Shown piece after piece: positions 20,846 through 30,096 of a DNA stretch of 64,000 bases (the first letter of the stretch is position 1; every line of letters begins with the position of its first letter). This stretch comes from Terriglobia bacterium. GTDB taxonomy: Bacteria; Acidobacteriota; Terriglobia; Acidiferrales; UBA7541. The notes beneath the pieces are model-generated. The model was not told where the DNA came from. It was given only the letters and a program-made list of their open reading frames with translations, and made no database searches. The stretch lies in assembly GCA_963695545.1 (NCBI GenBank), contig OY968796.1, positions 960,001-1,024,000 on the forward strand, given 5' to 3'. A program made the translations under genes and the position numbers.

Positions 20846-22144
20846 ATGAGCGCCCTAGCGAATGAATTGAAAATGACGGATCGAATCCATGCGCGCTATT
20901 GGATTGAAACCGCGTATCCGCTGGCGGACGCGGCCGCGATGATGGCCGGCGAACAATCGACCGGCACGTTCGTTCGCGTTCCCGGCGAAACCGACGAATT
21001 GCGGGAGCGCTACGCAGCACGTGTGGAACAAATCACGGAGATCGGAATCGTCGAGCGCCCCTCCCTGCCCGGCTCGGGATTGCCGAAAGGCGCGAGAGCC
21101 GATGTCCAGCGGCGCGCCGCGGAAGTGGAACTGTCGTGGCCGATTGCGAACATGGGTCCTTCATTGCCGAATGTGATGGCCGCGGTCGCCGGCAATCTTT
21201 CCGAGCTTCGTCCGTTCTCCGGACTGAAATTGCTCGATGTGAAGCTTCCGCCGATTTTTCTTGAACGCTACGCAGGCCCGCAATTCGGAGTTGCCGGAAC
21301 ACGATCTCTCTGCGGCGTGTACGAACGGCCGGTGATCGGCACGATCATTAAACCGAGCGTCGGAATGTCTCCCGAAGCCACGGCGGAACGTGTGCGCGAG
21401 CTCGCGGAAGCCGGCGTGGACTTTATAAAGGATGATGAACTGCAAGCGAACGGCCTCGACTGTCCATTTGAAAAACGATTCCGGGCGGTTCAGGGCGTCA
21501 TCAATCGCCACGCCGATCGTACCGGCAAGAAAGTGATGTATGCAGCCAACATCACCGGAGAAATCGACGAGATGCTCGATCGCCTGGCGCAGATCGGGGC
21601 GCAGGGCGGAACTTGCGCGATGGTCAGCATGAATAGCATCGGCCTTCCAGCCATGACCGTGATTCGGAAACATTCTCGCGTCGCTATCCACGGCCATCGC
21701 AACGGTTGGGGCATGCTCGGACGGAGCCCCGCGATCGGAATGAGTTTTGTGGCTTATCAGAAGTTTTGGCGTCTGGCCGGAGTTGACCACCTGCACGTCA
21801 ACGGTCTGCAAAATAAATTCTGCGAAGACGACAGTTCGGTAATCGCGTCCGCTCGTGAGTGCCTGACGCCGATGTTCGCCGTCCCCGGCCGCGGCTGTGA
21901 AGTCATGCCGGTTTTTTCTTCAGGCCAATCCGCGCGCCAGGCACCGGAAACATATCGCGCGCTGGGCTCAACCGATCTGATCTTCGCCGCCGGCGGCGGC
22001 ATTCTGGCGCATCCGGCGGGCCCTGCCGCGGGCGTGCGGAGTCTGCATCAGGCCTGGGAAGCAGCCATTCTCGGCGTGCCGCTTGCGGAGTACGCGACGA
22101 ATCACGCGGAACTCAAAGCCGCGCTCCAAAAGTTTGCCGCGTGA
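20846..22144 (+). CDS. RuBisCO-like protein (form IV), OiaX-like acid-sugar-phosphate decarboxylase
   Basis: AGEQSTGTF, GPQFGVAG, GTIIKPSVG, GVDFIKDDE, HGHRNGWG, PVFSSG and GGGILAHP. No small-subunit or phosphoribulokinase gene nearby; adjacent to a DUF1537 kinase. Confidence 0.9.
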   Translation: MSALANELKMTDRIHARYWIETAYPLADAAAMMAGEQSTGTFVRVPGETDELRERYAARVEQITEIGIVERPSLPGSGLPKGARADVQRRAAEVELSWPIANMGPSLPNVMAAVAGNLSELRPFSGLKLLDVKLPPIFLERYAGPQFGVAGTRSLCGVYERPVIGTIIKPSVGMSPEATAERVRELAEAGVDFIKDDELQANGLDCPFEKRFRAVQGVINRHADRTGKKVMYAANITGEIDEMLDRLAQIGAQGGTCAMVSMNSIGLPAMTVIRKHSRVAIHGHRNGWGMLGRSPAIGMSFVAYQKFWRLAGVDHLHVNGLQNKFCEDDSSVIASARECLTPMFAVPGRGCEVMPVFSSGQSARQAPETYRALGSTDLIFAAGGGILAHPAGPAAGVRSLHQAWEAAILGVPLAEYATNHAELKAALQKFAA

Positions 22145-22151
22145 CGCCGCG

Positions 22152-23459
22152 ATGAATGCTCCGCTGTTCGCGTATTACGGCGACGACTTCACCGGTTCCA
22201 CCGACGTTTTGGAGGCCCTCGCCGGAAACGGCGTCCGCACAGTTTTATTTCCAGGATTGCCGAGCGAGAAACATTTGCGCGCCTTTGCGGATTGCCGCGC
22301 GATCGGAATCGCGGGAGAAAGCCGGAGCCGAGATCCGCAATGGATGACGGAAAATCTCGGCGCTGCGTTTTCGTTTCTGCAAAAGCTCGGCGCGCCCGTC
22401 AATCTCTACAAAGTGTGCTCCACGTTTGACAGCTCTCCGCAAGTGGGCAGCATCGGTCGCGCGCTTGAAATCGGCCAGGACGTTTTCCGAGCGTCCATGA
22501 TTCCGATCGTAGTCGCGGCTCCGCATCTTCGGCGTTACGTGATGTTCGCAAATCTGTTTGCCGAAGGAGGCGATGGAATCTACCGCATCGATCGCCATCC
22601 CACGATGATGCGCCACCCCGTCACGCCGATGACGGAAAGCGATTTGCGCCTGCATCTCGCCAAGCAAACGAAGCGCTCCATCGGTCTGTTGGACATCGTT
22701 GCGCTGCACGGCGAGCGCTCAAGCGAAAAGCTGCGCGACTTAGCGCGCGAAGGATATCGCGCGATTGTATTCGACGGACTCGACGAAGTGTCTTTGGAAA
22801 AAACCGGCCGATTGCTGTGGCCAAAGGACTCCACACGGCAAGAATTTGTGATTGGCAGCTCGGGCGCGGCCTACGCGTTCGTCGCACACTGGCGGGAGAC
22901 TGGTGTGCTGCCGCCGGCGATGCCTTCAGAACCGATTCGTAAAGTGGATCGACTCTTGGTGCTATCCGGCAGTTGCTCGCCTGTGACCGAGAAACAAATT
23001 CGCACGGCGGTGTCTCAGGGCTACGTGGGAATTCCGCTCGACGCGGCGTCCGTTTGCGCGCATGACGCGCGCGCACTCGATGCGCATTTTAATCAGGCGA
23101 AGCAAGCTCTCGCTGCGGGCCGCAGCGTGATTCTTTATAGCGCGATGGGGCAGGCCGATCCGGCGCTCGCCGCGCACGGCGATGATCTGGCGATCGAGAT
23201 GGGGCGGCTCTTGCGGCGGCTGGTCACCGAGTGCGCCGCGCGGCGCGTGGTGATCGCCGGCGGCGACACTTCGGGTAAGGCCGCGCAGCAACTTGGCCTT
23301 CACGCCTTGACATTCGTCGCGTCCACCCAACCGGGCGCGCCGCTGTGCCGGGGCCACGCGAACGATCCAGCTCTCGATGGCCTCGAAATCGTCTTGAAGG
23401 GCGGCCAAGTCGGCACGCCGGATTTTTTTGAATTTGTCCGGCGCGGCGGAATTAACTGA
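22152..23459 (+). CDS. Four-carbon acid sugar kinase family protein (DUF1537; OiaK-like)
   Basis: YYGDDFTGSTD, YKVCSTFDSS, IDRHPTM, SGSCS, AGGDTSG and LKGGQVG motifs. Confidence 0.9.
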   Translation: MNAPLFAYYGDDFTGSTDVLEALAGNGVRTVLFPGLPSEKHLRAFADCRAIGIAGESRSRDPQWMTENLGAAFSFLQKLGAPVNLYKVCSTFDSSPQVGSIGRALEIGQDVFRASMIPIVVAAPHLRRYVMFANLFAEGGDGIYRIDRHPTMMRHPVTPMTESDLRLHLAKQTKRSIGLLDIVALHGERSSEKLRDLAREGYRAIVFDGLDEVSLEKTGRLLWPKDSTRQEFVIGSSGAAYAFVAHWRETGVLPPAMPSEPIRKVDRLLVLSGSCSPVTEKQIRTAVSQGYVGIPLDAASVCAHDARALDAHFNQAKQALAAGRSVILYSAMGQADPALAAHGDDLAIEMGRLLRRLVTECAARRVVIAGGDTSGKAAQQLGLHALTFVASTQPGAPLCRGHANDPALDGLEIVLKGGQVGTPDFFEFVRRGGIN

Positions 23460-24708
23460 CGGAGATCGCGGTCTCAGCGAGCAGCGGCTTGCTGGCATCC
23501 ACGCGAGCGAAAATTCCTGCGGCAACAAACACCATCGCCGCCACGAACCACAAGGGTTTATTGTAACTGCCGGTGATTCGGATCCCGTATCCGAATAACA
23601 CCGTGCAAAGCGCGCCGCCGAATTGCCCTGCGGTGTTCATCACACCGCTCACGGTTCCTGCAAACTCGCCTCCGATATCGAGGCACAGCGACCACGCGGA
23701 CGGCAGCATCAAATCCGTCACGCCGAATCCGAGGCACGCGAGCACAACGACCGCCGTCTTGCCGCTCACAAGCGACATTCCCATCAGCATTCCCGATCCG
23801 ACGATCAGCGCACTTGAAAGCACCACCCTGCGGCCAAACTTCAAGCCATAGCGTTTGACGAACGAATCGCTCACGAATCCACCGGCCAGATTTCCGGCGA
23901 TCCCACATACGAAAGGAAGCGCGGCGTAGAACCCCATTTGGCGTTCCGAGAAACGCGCGCTGCGAATCAGCCAGCTTGGAAACCAGGTGAAATAGAAATA
24001 GCTTCCCCACGCGTAACAGAAATAGGCGACGCTGATCATCCAGAGCTGCCGCGATTCCAGCAATCGTTTCCAGGGAATGGCGTTTCGCGTCCCCGTGTGC
24101 GCGCCCATTGCGATTTCATTTAACTCTTCTTCGCGGATTCCCGGCTGCTCGCGCGGGACATCGCGGAACCACAGTCGCCACACCGTAGCCCACGCTACGC
24201 CAAGCACGCCAAAGAGTACGAAAACGGATCGCCAGCCGATGCGCGTCTGCAAGGGCACAACCAGCAGTGGCGTCAACACTCCTCCCAATCGGCTGGCCGC
24301 CCAGATAAAACTTTGCGCACGCGCGCGCTCGGTCGTCGGAAACCATCGCGACACGACTCCGGCGGCGTTGGGGTAGGCGCCGGCTTCCCCCGCGCCAAAC
24401 AGGAAGCGCACGATCACAAGCTGCCAGAAGGAAAAACACGCGGCCGTTGCCGCCATGAAGGCTGACCACCACGCCACGATGCGCGTCAACTCCCGGCGCT
24501 GCCCGTGCCGATCACCCATCGCGCCCGAGGGGATTTCAAATAGCCCGCACGACAGCACGAACGCGCCGAGCACCCAACCCCAGCGCTCCGGAGGAATATG
24601 CAGTTGATCCTGAATCAGGGGGCCGGAAACTGCGATCGAAAGCCGGTCGAGAAAAGTTATGGCCGAAAGCACGACAAGCAGAAAAAGTACGATGTACCTT
24701 TTCCTCAA
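23452..24708 (-). CDS. MFS transporter (anion:cation symporter, acid-sugar type)
   Basis: ITFLDR, FEIPSG, RFLFGAGEAGAYP, WFPTTERARA and SGVMNTAG; about 12 TM segments. Confidence 0.92.
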   Translation of the reverse strand: MRKRYIVLFLLVVLSAITFLDRLSIAVSGPLIQDQLHIPPERWGWVLGAFVLSCGLFEIPSGAMGDRHGQRRELTRIVAWWSAFMAATAACFSFWQLVIVRFLFGAGEAGAYPNAAGVVSRWFPTTERARAQSFIWAASRLGGVLTPLLVVPLQTRIGWRSVFVLFGVLGVAWATVWRLWFRDVPREQPGIREEELNEIAMGAHTGTRNAIPWKRLLESRQLWMISVAYFCYAWGSYFYFTWFPSWLIRSARFSERQMGFYAALPFVCGIAGNLAGGFVSDSFVKRYGLKFGRRVVLSSALIVGSGMLMGMSLVSGKTAVVVLACLGFGVTDLMLPSAWSLCLDIGGEFAGTVSGVMNTAGQFGGALCTVLFGYGIRITGSYNKPLWFVAAMVFVAAGIFARVDASKPLLAETAISVS

Positions 24709-25397
24709 GCGGCGCCTTCTCGATTTGTTTGCGCCCGGCGGCGCAGCACCTCTCTCGCTCGAAGCACGGCGAGCTCCGGACTAGACAGCACGGGAACACG
24801 AATCGCGCCGGCGGGCAGATTGGCGAGCACGCGCGCCATGGACGCTTGCGCCAGCACAATCACATCCACCTCCGGCGCCATCTGCAGCAGCGCTTCGGAC
24901 ACGATGCGATCGTGTGTCTCGGTGTCGCCGGAGAGAACCGCGTCAAATGCTTTCGCGCAGAGACCTTCGATGAGTTCGACCGGGCGCCCGACCGCCGCGG
25001 CTTTCTCGGCAAGCAGCGCCATCGTCGGCTCAAGCGTAGTGCGCAACGTCGCCAGGACTCCGATGCGTCGACCCACTTCGATCGCCTTCTCCGCCATGGC
25101 TTCATCCACGCGAAACACCGGAATATCGAAAACTTTCTGCGCCAACGCCGCTCCCGGGCCAATGGACGAGCATGTGACCATCACGGCAGTCGCGCCGGCA
25201 GCTTCGGCCGACTCAATCATCGAAATCAATCGGCGAATCGTGAGCTTGCGCAGTTTTTGGTGCGCGATCGTGTCACGAATCAGGCTTTCATCGACCATGT
25301 GGAAGGTTGCGACGCCGGGCAGATGCTGCTTGCAGAGCGCGGCAAACACGGGCGTAAGCACGGGGCTGGTGTGAATCAGCGTTAGCGTTTCCGGCAT
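24705..25397 (-). CDS. Asp/Glu/hydantoin racemase-fold protein
   Basis: LIHT, VDESL, VTCSSIG, RVDEAM, VLATLRTT, VLAQASM and VLSSP. Only one of the two canonical catalytic Cys is present. Confidence 0.75.
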   Translation of the reverse strand: MPETLTLIHTSPVLTPVFAALCKQHLPGVATFHMVDESLIRDTIAHQKLRKLTIRRLISMIESAEAAGATAVMVTCSSIGPGAALAQKVFDIPVFRVDEAMAEKAIEVGRRIGVLATLRTTLEPTMALLAEKAAAVGRPVELIEGLCAKAFDAVLSGDTETHDRIVSEALLQMAPEVDVIVLAQASMARVLANLPAGAIRVPVLSSPELAVLRAREVLRRRAQTNREGAA

Positions 25398-25444
25398 AAA
25401 TTTATTTCTCCACCCGCATCTCACGATACAGGAAGCGGCGCGAG

Positions 25445-28333
25445 CTATTTCTTCCATTCAAAATAATACTTTCCCGATTCAATCCGGCAGATTACAGCAT
25501 CTTTCTCCGATCGGACTAATTTTACTCCGATCGCATGGTCGAGCGCTTTGCCGCTTTCGGTGATCGTCGCCGCGGTTGGCGAGGGGATGCGAACTTCAGC
25601 TTCCGCACCCACAGGAACTGTCACGTCCAGAGTGCACTCGCCATACTTTTCGCCTCCGACTTCAAGTGGAAGCCGCGCGCGGCATTCCCAGCGGGACTCG
25701 ATTAACCCAAGCGCGGAATCAAAGCCGGCCTGTGCCGATGCGATGTCTCCAACCACCGTGGGATGTATTTCAATTTGCTCGCCCGGAGGTCGCGACAAAT
25801 CGAAATCAATACCCGCCAAGCCGCTGTAGAACCATTCCTCGGCGTCACCCAGCATGAAGTGATCCTGGGATTTCGTCGGATTGGTGTCCCACGCTTCGGT
25901 CAACGTGGTTGCGCCGCGAGCCAATTGATAGCCGTAACTCGGCGAATCGGTGCGCGAAAGCATGTCATAGAGAACATCGGAGCGCCCTCCCTCTTCGAGA
26001 GCCTGCACGACAAAATGAAAACCGACGTCTCCTGCGGTGACATGATTGTCGTGATTCCGGATGTCCTGCACAAGATTGTCCAGCACAGCCTCTCGCCGGT
26101 CGTCCGGCACCAGGCCCGCGGCCAGAGGCATGGCGTTGGCCGTCTGGCTGCCGGTGTCGTACTCGTTGGTTTGCGGGTTAAACATTTTGGCATTGAACGC
26201 GACGCGCACGGCACGCGCGAGCGCCGCATACTTCTGCGCGTCGACATCTTTGCCCAGCAGTAAGGACACTTTGTGAAGCACCGTGAGGTCCAGATAATAA
26301 ATCGACGTCGCGGTTACGCCGCGGCTCGTCAACTGCGATTCTCCGAGCGGGCCCGGGCCAACGTCGTACCAATCGCCCAAGCCATACGAAATGATGTGAT
26401 CGTCGGCGCGCGTCGCGAGATATTCCGCGTACTTCCGCATCACGTCGTATCGCTGCGCGAGCAATCGGCGGTCTCCATAGAACCGATACTCGAGCCACGG
26501 GTCCAGAATCGCCGCGCTGCCCCACTCGGGTGAATCGCGGAAGCCCGCCGGGAAAACGACATACTCGGGCGCCGTGTCTGGCACGAGCCCATTCGGGAGC
26601 TGAGTATCCGCGATGTCGTCCGAAATCTTGCGATACAACTGCGAGAGATCAAAGTTGTACATCAGCGCCGATCCCAGAAGCTGCGTCTCCTCAAGCCAGC
26701 CCAGCTTTTCGCGATGCGGACAGTCGGTCATTACGCTCTGCATATTGCTGCGCATCGCGGCGTCAATCAGTCCGTGAATGCGGTCGAGCAACTCATCGGA
26801 GCTCGAAAAATCTCCTGTAACGCGCGCCGAAGAGTGCACGAATTGCCCCTCGAGCGAAAGCAAAACGGGTTTGCCGTCATCGCCGCCGGGTTTGAGTGTG
26901 GCCCCTTCCACTTGCACGTAACGAAATCCGTAGTAACTGAATCGGGGATGCCAAGTTTCTTGGCCCGAACCTTTGAGCGTGTAAACGAAATACGACGGGC
27001 CACCGGAACTTCGCTGCGATACCAAGCCCGACGAATCCAATAGTTCGCCCGGGAGCAATTTCACTTTGTCGCCGGAATGGCCGGAGACCTTGATCGCGGG
27101 CCAACCCGAGAAATTCTGCCCCAGATCGAAAACTAAGATTCCGGGCTCGGGTTTGGTTTGCGCAACCACTGGATAAACGTGCATCACTCGAATTGGAGGA
27201 ATGAGCTGCGTCGAGAGCCGCCCGCCAGGCCCGTTCACTTCGACCGCCGGCGTCCACGCGGCATCGTTGAAGCCGGGCTCATCCCATCCGGCTTGTTCCA
27301 ATCGCGCGTCGTAATCTTCTCCACCGTATTCAGACGAAAAAGTAATAGGTCCCGGCGCGGTTTTCCACGAGGAGTCGCTGAGGATTACCGCTTCGGTCCC
27401 GTCGAGATAACGAACATGCATTTGGAAAATAAGCTTGGGCTGGCCGAACGTTCCCACAAATTTCTGGTACCGGCCCGGCGTGCGCGGCACGTTATACATG
27501 CCGTTGCCGAGCATGATGCCGATGGCATTTTCGCCGGATTTGATGAGGCTGGTCACATCGTACACGTTGCACAGAACGGCCTTGCGATAATTTGTCCAGC
27601 CGGGCGTCAAGAGATCTTCGCTGACCTTCGTGCCATTCATGCGCAATTCGTATTGTCCCAAACCGCTGACATACACCACGGCTCTTTCCACGGGCTTGGC
27701 GAGATTGAATCCATGCCGGAAGATCGGAAGCGGACGAGGCGGCGGCGCATTCGTTAAGTCCTTGGCAGCCGGCGCGGCGGATTCGCTATCGGGCTCGGCC
27801 GCGATCCACTTCGCTTTCCAATCTGCGGGTTCGAGCAATCCCATTTGCCATTGGGCGGCGTCGCTCCATACCGACGCGACGCCGTCTTGGTCCCAGACGC
27901 GCACTTTCCAGTAGTAGATTCCGTTCGATTTCAATTCCTTGCCGAAATATTCGATCTGGATCGTGCGATTTGACGCGGCCTTCCCACTGTCCCACATATC
28001 GCCGACGTCTTTGGCAAGAAGCGAAGCCGACGACGCGACCAGAATACGGTACGACGTCTGGCGCAGGCCCCTCCGTTCGCTGCCGAGGGCTTCCAGCTGC
28101 CAGCTCAGAAGCGGGCGACGCGTCTCAATCCCGAGCGGATTCTCCAATTGCTCGCAGCGCAGAAGGGTTATCCGAATCGTGCCGAGCGGCGCTCGGCGGA
28201 CGGCGATCGACTGGCTTGTGTTCGCCTTGGCGGGAGAACTTCGAGCAGCCGGAACAATTCCCAGGACCAAACCGATCGCGAAGAATTTGACGACGCGGCG
28301 CTGGCGGCGAGTTCCCAAGGTGCAAGCAAACAC
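25445..28333 (-). CDS. GH78 alpha-L-rhamnosidase, secreted (start uncertain, ~28318-28333)
   Basis: NPLGI, WDSGK, YYWKVRVWD, SGLGQYE, FDLGQNFSG, TDCPHREKLGW, GLGDW, GATTLTEAW and SQDHFMLG. The ORF-track start at 28483 lies inside the promoter and was rejected. Confidence 0.92.
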   Translation of the reverse strand: MFACTLGTRRQRRVVKFFAIGLVLGIVPAARSSPAKANTSQSIAVRRAPLGTIRITLLRCEQLENPLGIETRRPLLSWQLEALGSERRGLRQTSYRILVASSASLLAKDVGDMWDSGKAASNRTIQIEYFGKELKSNGIYYWKVRVWDQDGVASVWSDAAQWQMGLLEPADWKAKWIAAEPDSESAAPAAKDLTNAPPPRPLPIFRHGFNLAKPVERAVVYVSGLGQYELRMNGTKVSEDLLTPGWTNYRKAVLCNVYDVTSLIKSGENAIGIMLGNGMYNVPRTPGRYQKFVGTFGQPKLIFQMHVRYLDGTEAVILSDSSWKTAPGPITFSSEYGGEDYDARLEQAGWDEPGFNDAAWTPAVEVNGPGGRLSTQLIPPIRVMHVYPVVAQTKPEPGILVFDLGQNFSGWPAIKVSGHSGDKVKLLPGELLDSSGLVSQRSSGGPSYFVYTLKGSGQETWHPRFSYYGFRYVQVEGATLKPGGDDGKPVLLSLEGQFVHSSARVTGDFSSSDELLDRIHGLIDAAMRSNMQSVMTDCPHREKLGWLEETQLLGSALMYNFDLSQLYRKISDDIADTQLPNGLVPDTAPEYVVFPAGFRDSPEWGSAAILDPWLEYRFYGDRRLLAQRYDVMRKYAEYLATRADDHIISYGLGDWYDVGPGPLGESQLTSRGVTATSIYYLDLTVLHKVSLLLGKDVDAQKYAALARAVRVAFNAKMFNPQTNEYDTGSQTANAMPLAAGLVPDDRREAVLDNLVQDIRNHDNHVTAGDVGFHFVVQALEEGGRSDVLYDMLSRTDSPSYGYQLARGATTLTEAWDTNPTKSQDHFMLGDAEEWFYSGLAGIDFDLSRPPGEQIEIHPTVVGDIASAQAGFDSALGLIESRWECRARLPLEVGGEKYGECTLDVTVPVGAEAEVRIPSPTAATITESGKALDHAIGVKLVRSEKDAVICRIESGKYYFEWKK

Positions 28334-28461
28334 CCGAGATGGCGCGCAATGCAAGGTCCGTGCGCTCGAGAAGGGGCCGGTCCCGCCGCTAGGGGCAAGA
28401 GGGGCGCAGCCGCTCTCGCTATCGGCGGAGTGGACCGATTTTGTCCAGCGAGAGAAGCGCA

Positions 28462-28515
28462 AGAATATTCGGGGAACGCGCAATTGTCAATAGTAATGCA
28501 GATTGCCTATTGAAA
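28462..28515 (-). promoter_or_regulatory. Sigma70 promoter (TTGACA-17-TATTCT) of the GH78-racemase-MFS operon, overlapped by operator TCAATAG-N13-CTATTGA
   Basis: -35 at 28485-28490 and -10 at 28462-28467 on the minus strand. Perfect 7-bp inverted repeat at 28487-28493/28507-28513. Confidence 0.78.
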
Positions 28516-28885
28516 TACTGGATTTCCGTCCCCAAATGTTCAATAATGCGCCGTCGCAAAGCAGGGAACCAAGGGCGGCCCGGCTTTTTCGCCCATAAAA
28601 TGGGTTTTTAGCGCTCGCCAGGATGATGTTTTCGCGGAGTGTGGCGAATAACGGTGCTGGTCCTCCGAATGTCTGGGCTTGCGTCAATGTGCCTGATGCC
28701 AGGTGACAGCGTAAGGATGAAAGCATTGGTGTTCCCTCTTCCATCCAGAATCCATGTTGCCGAAAATCGACGATGGCTCCGTCCGGCGCCGGCTCGCGTG
28801 GGGCGGAAGAGAGCGCGCGCGATCATTCCCGGCGTCCAGAGACACTCGCTCTCGATTCTGAAATCTCTGTCGTGAGGTACCGGTT

Positions 28886-29986
28886 TTGCGGAAGACGGGC
28901 CTAAAGCGGTTGTATCTGATTCCAGTGCTCTCAAAGGCGCTGGATGTTCTGGACCTTCTGCAGAAGGGGGGACAACCGCTTTCGCTGGAATCTATTTATC
29001 AGCAAACGAACATCTCCAAGACCACGGTCTATCGCATTCTCAAGACATTTGTGCATCGCGGATATTTGGCGCAGTCGGATGACGGGCTCTACCGCATGGT
29101 CGCGCGGCTCAAGAAAGCAAGATTTGGATTTGGAAGCCAATCGGCCGAGTTGCCTTTCTCAAACGCGGTCACCGACAGCCTCAAGTCCGCCGCGGCGGCG
29201 ACCGGCGTCGATTTGGTGGTGATGGACAATCGCTATAGCGGTTCCGCGGCAGTTCACAATGCCGACGAATTCGTTTGCCAGCGCGTGGACGTGGTCATCG
29301 AATTCCAAATCGATCAGCACTGCGCTCCGATTATCGCCGATCGATTTGACGGCGCGGGGATTCCCTTCATTGCCGTGGATATCCCGCATCCTCACGCCAT
29401 CTTCTTCGGAGTGAACAACTATCGCGTTGGATTTGAAGCCGGCTCATTCGCCGCGAAGCACGCCTCAAAAATGTGGGACGGTAAACCGCCGTTGGTCTTG
29501 GGTTTGGACGTTGAGGAAGCGGGCCCCTTGGTGCAAAGCCGGATCACCGGGGCGTTTGAAGGGGTTCGCTCCGTGTACACGGAAATCGAGGATCAGAATT
29601 TCCTGCGATTGGATGGCCGCGGGCTTCGCGAAAAAAGCTACCGAGTCGTCCTGGACTTCCTCAATCGCCATCCCAAGGAGCAGCGCATTCTGATCGTGGC
29701 CGCAACGGACACGAGCGCCTTAGGGGCGCTGCACGCGGTGCAGGAATTAAAGCGCGAAAAGCACGTGGCCATCGTAGGACAGGAGTCCATTCCGGAAGCC
29801 ATCGAGGCTATGAGTGTGCCCGGCAGTCCGTTCATCGGCTCGGTCTCGCACGAGGCGCACACTTACGGTCCGCGGCTGATTCAGCTCGGCCTCGCGCTGC
29901 TGAACGGCCAGCGCGTTCCGCCCTACAGCTACGTCGATCACAAACTCGTGACCGCCGCCGAGGTCCGCGGAAATCTTCGGGAGTGA
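28886..29986 (+). CDS. Transcriptional regulator: IclR-type N-terminal HTH fused to a LacI/periplasmic-binding-protein-like sugar sensor
   Basis: VLSKALDVLDLL...ISKTTVYRILKT..HRGYL is an IclR-like HTH. It is followed by a PBP-like domain (VDVVIEFQ, IPFIAVDIP, FFGVNNY, SALGAL, AIVGQ). Confidence 0.85.
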   Translation: MRKTGLKRLYLIPVLSKALDVLDLLQKGGQPLSLESIYQQTNISKTTVYRILKTFVHRGYLAQSDDGLYRMVARLKKARFGFGSQSAELPFSNAVTDSLKSAAAATGVDLVVMDNRYSGSAAVHNADEFVCQRVDVVIEFQIDQHCAPIIADRFDGAGIPFIAVDIPHPHAIFFGVNNYRVGFEAGSFAAKHASKMWDGKPPLVLGLDVEEAGPLVQSRITGAFEGVRSVYTEIEDQNFLRLDGRGLREKSYRVVLDFLNRHPKEQRILIVAATDTSALGALHAVQELKREKHVAIVGQESIPEAIEAMSVPGSPFIGSVSHEAHTYGPRLIQLGLALLNGQRVPPYSYVDHKLVTAAEVRGNLRE

Positions 29987-30096
29987 GGCCGTGGCGCGCT
30001 GAGAATTCCGCGGGGCGCGAAGTGTTCCGGATTCTCGCAGACGCATCCCGGCTTCTGTCTTGAAAACTGCGCTTCCTCGATTGATTTGGAACTCGG

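Noticed and set aside
20846..22144. Carbon-fixing RuBisCO / Calvin cycle
   Set aside because: Form IV-type sequence, no small subunit or phosphoribulokinase nearby, and the context is sugar catabolism.
28334..28483. N-terminal extension of the second GH78 given by the ORF track
   Set aside because: The TTG start lies between the -35 and -10 boxes of the gene's own promoter.
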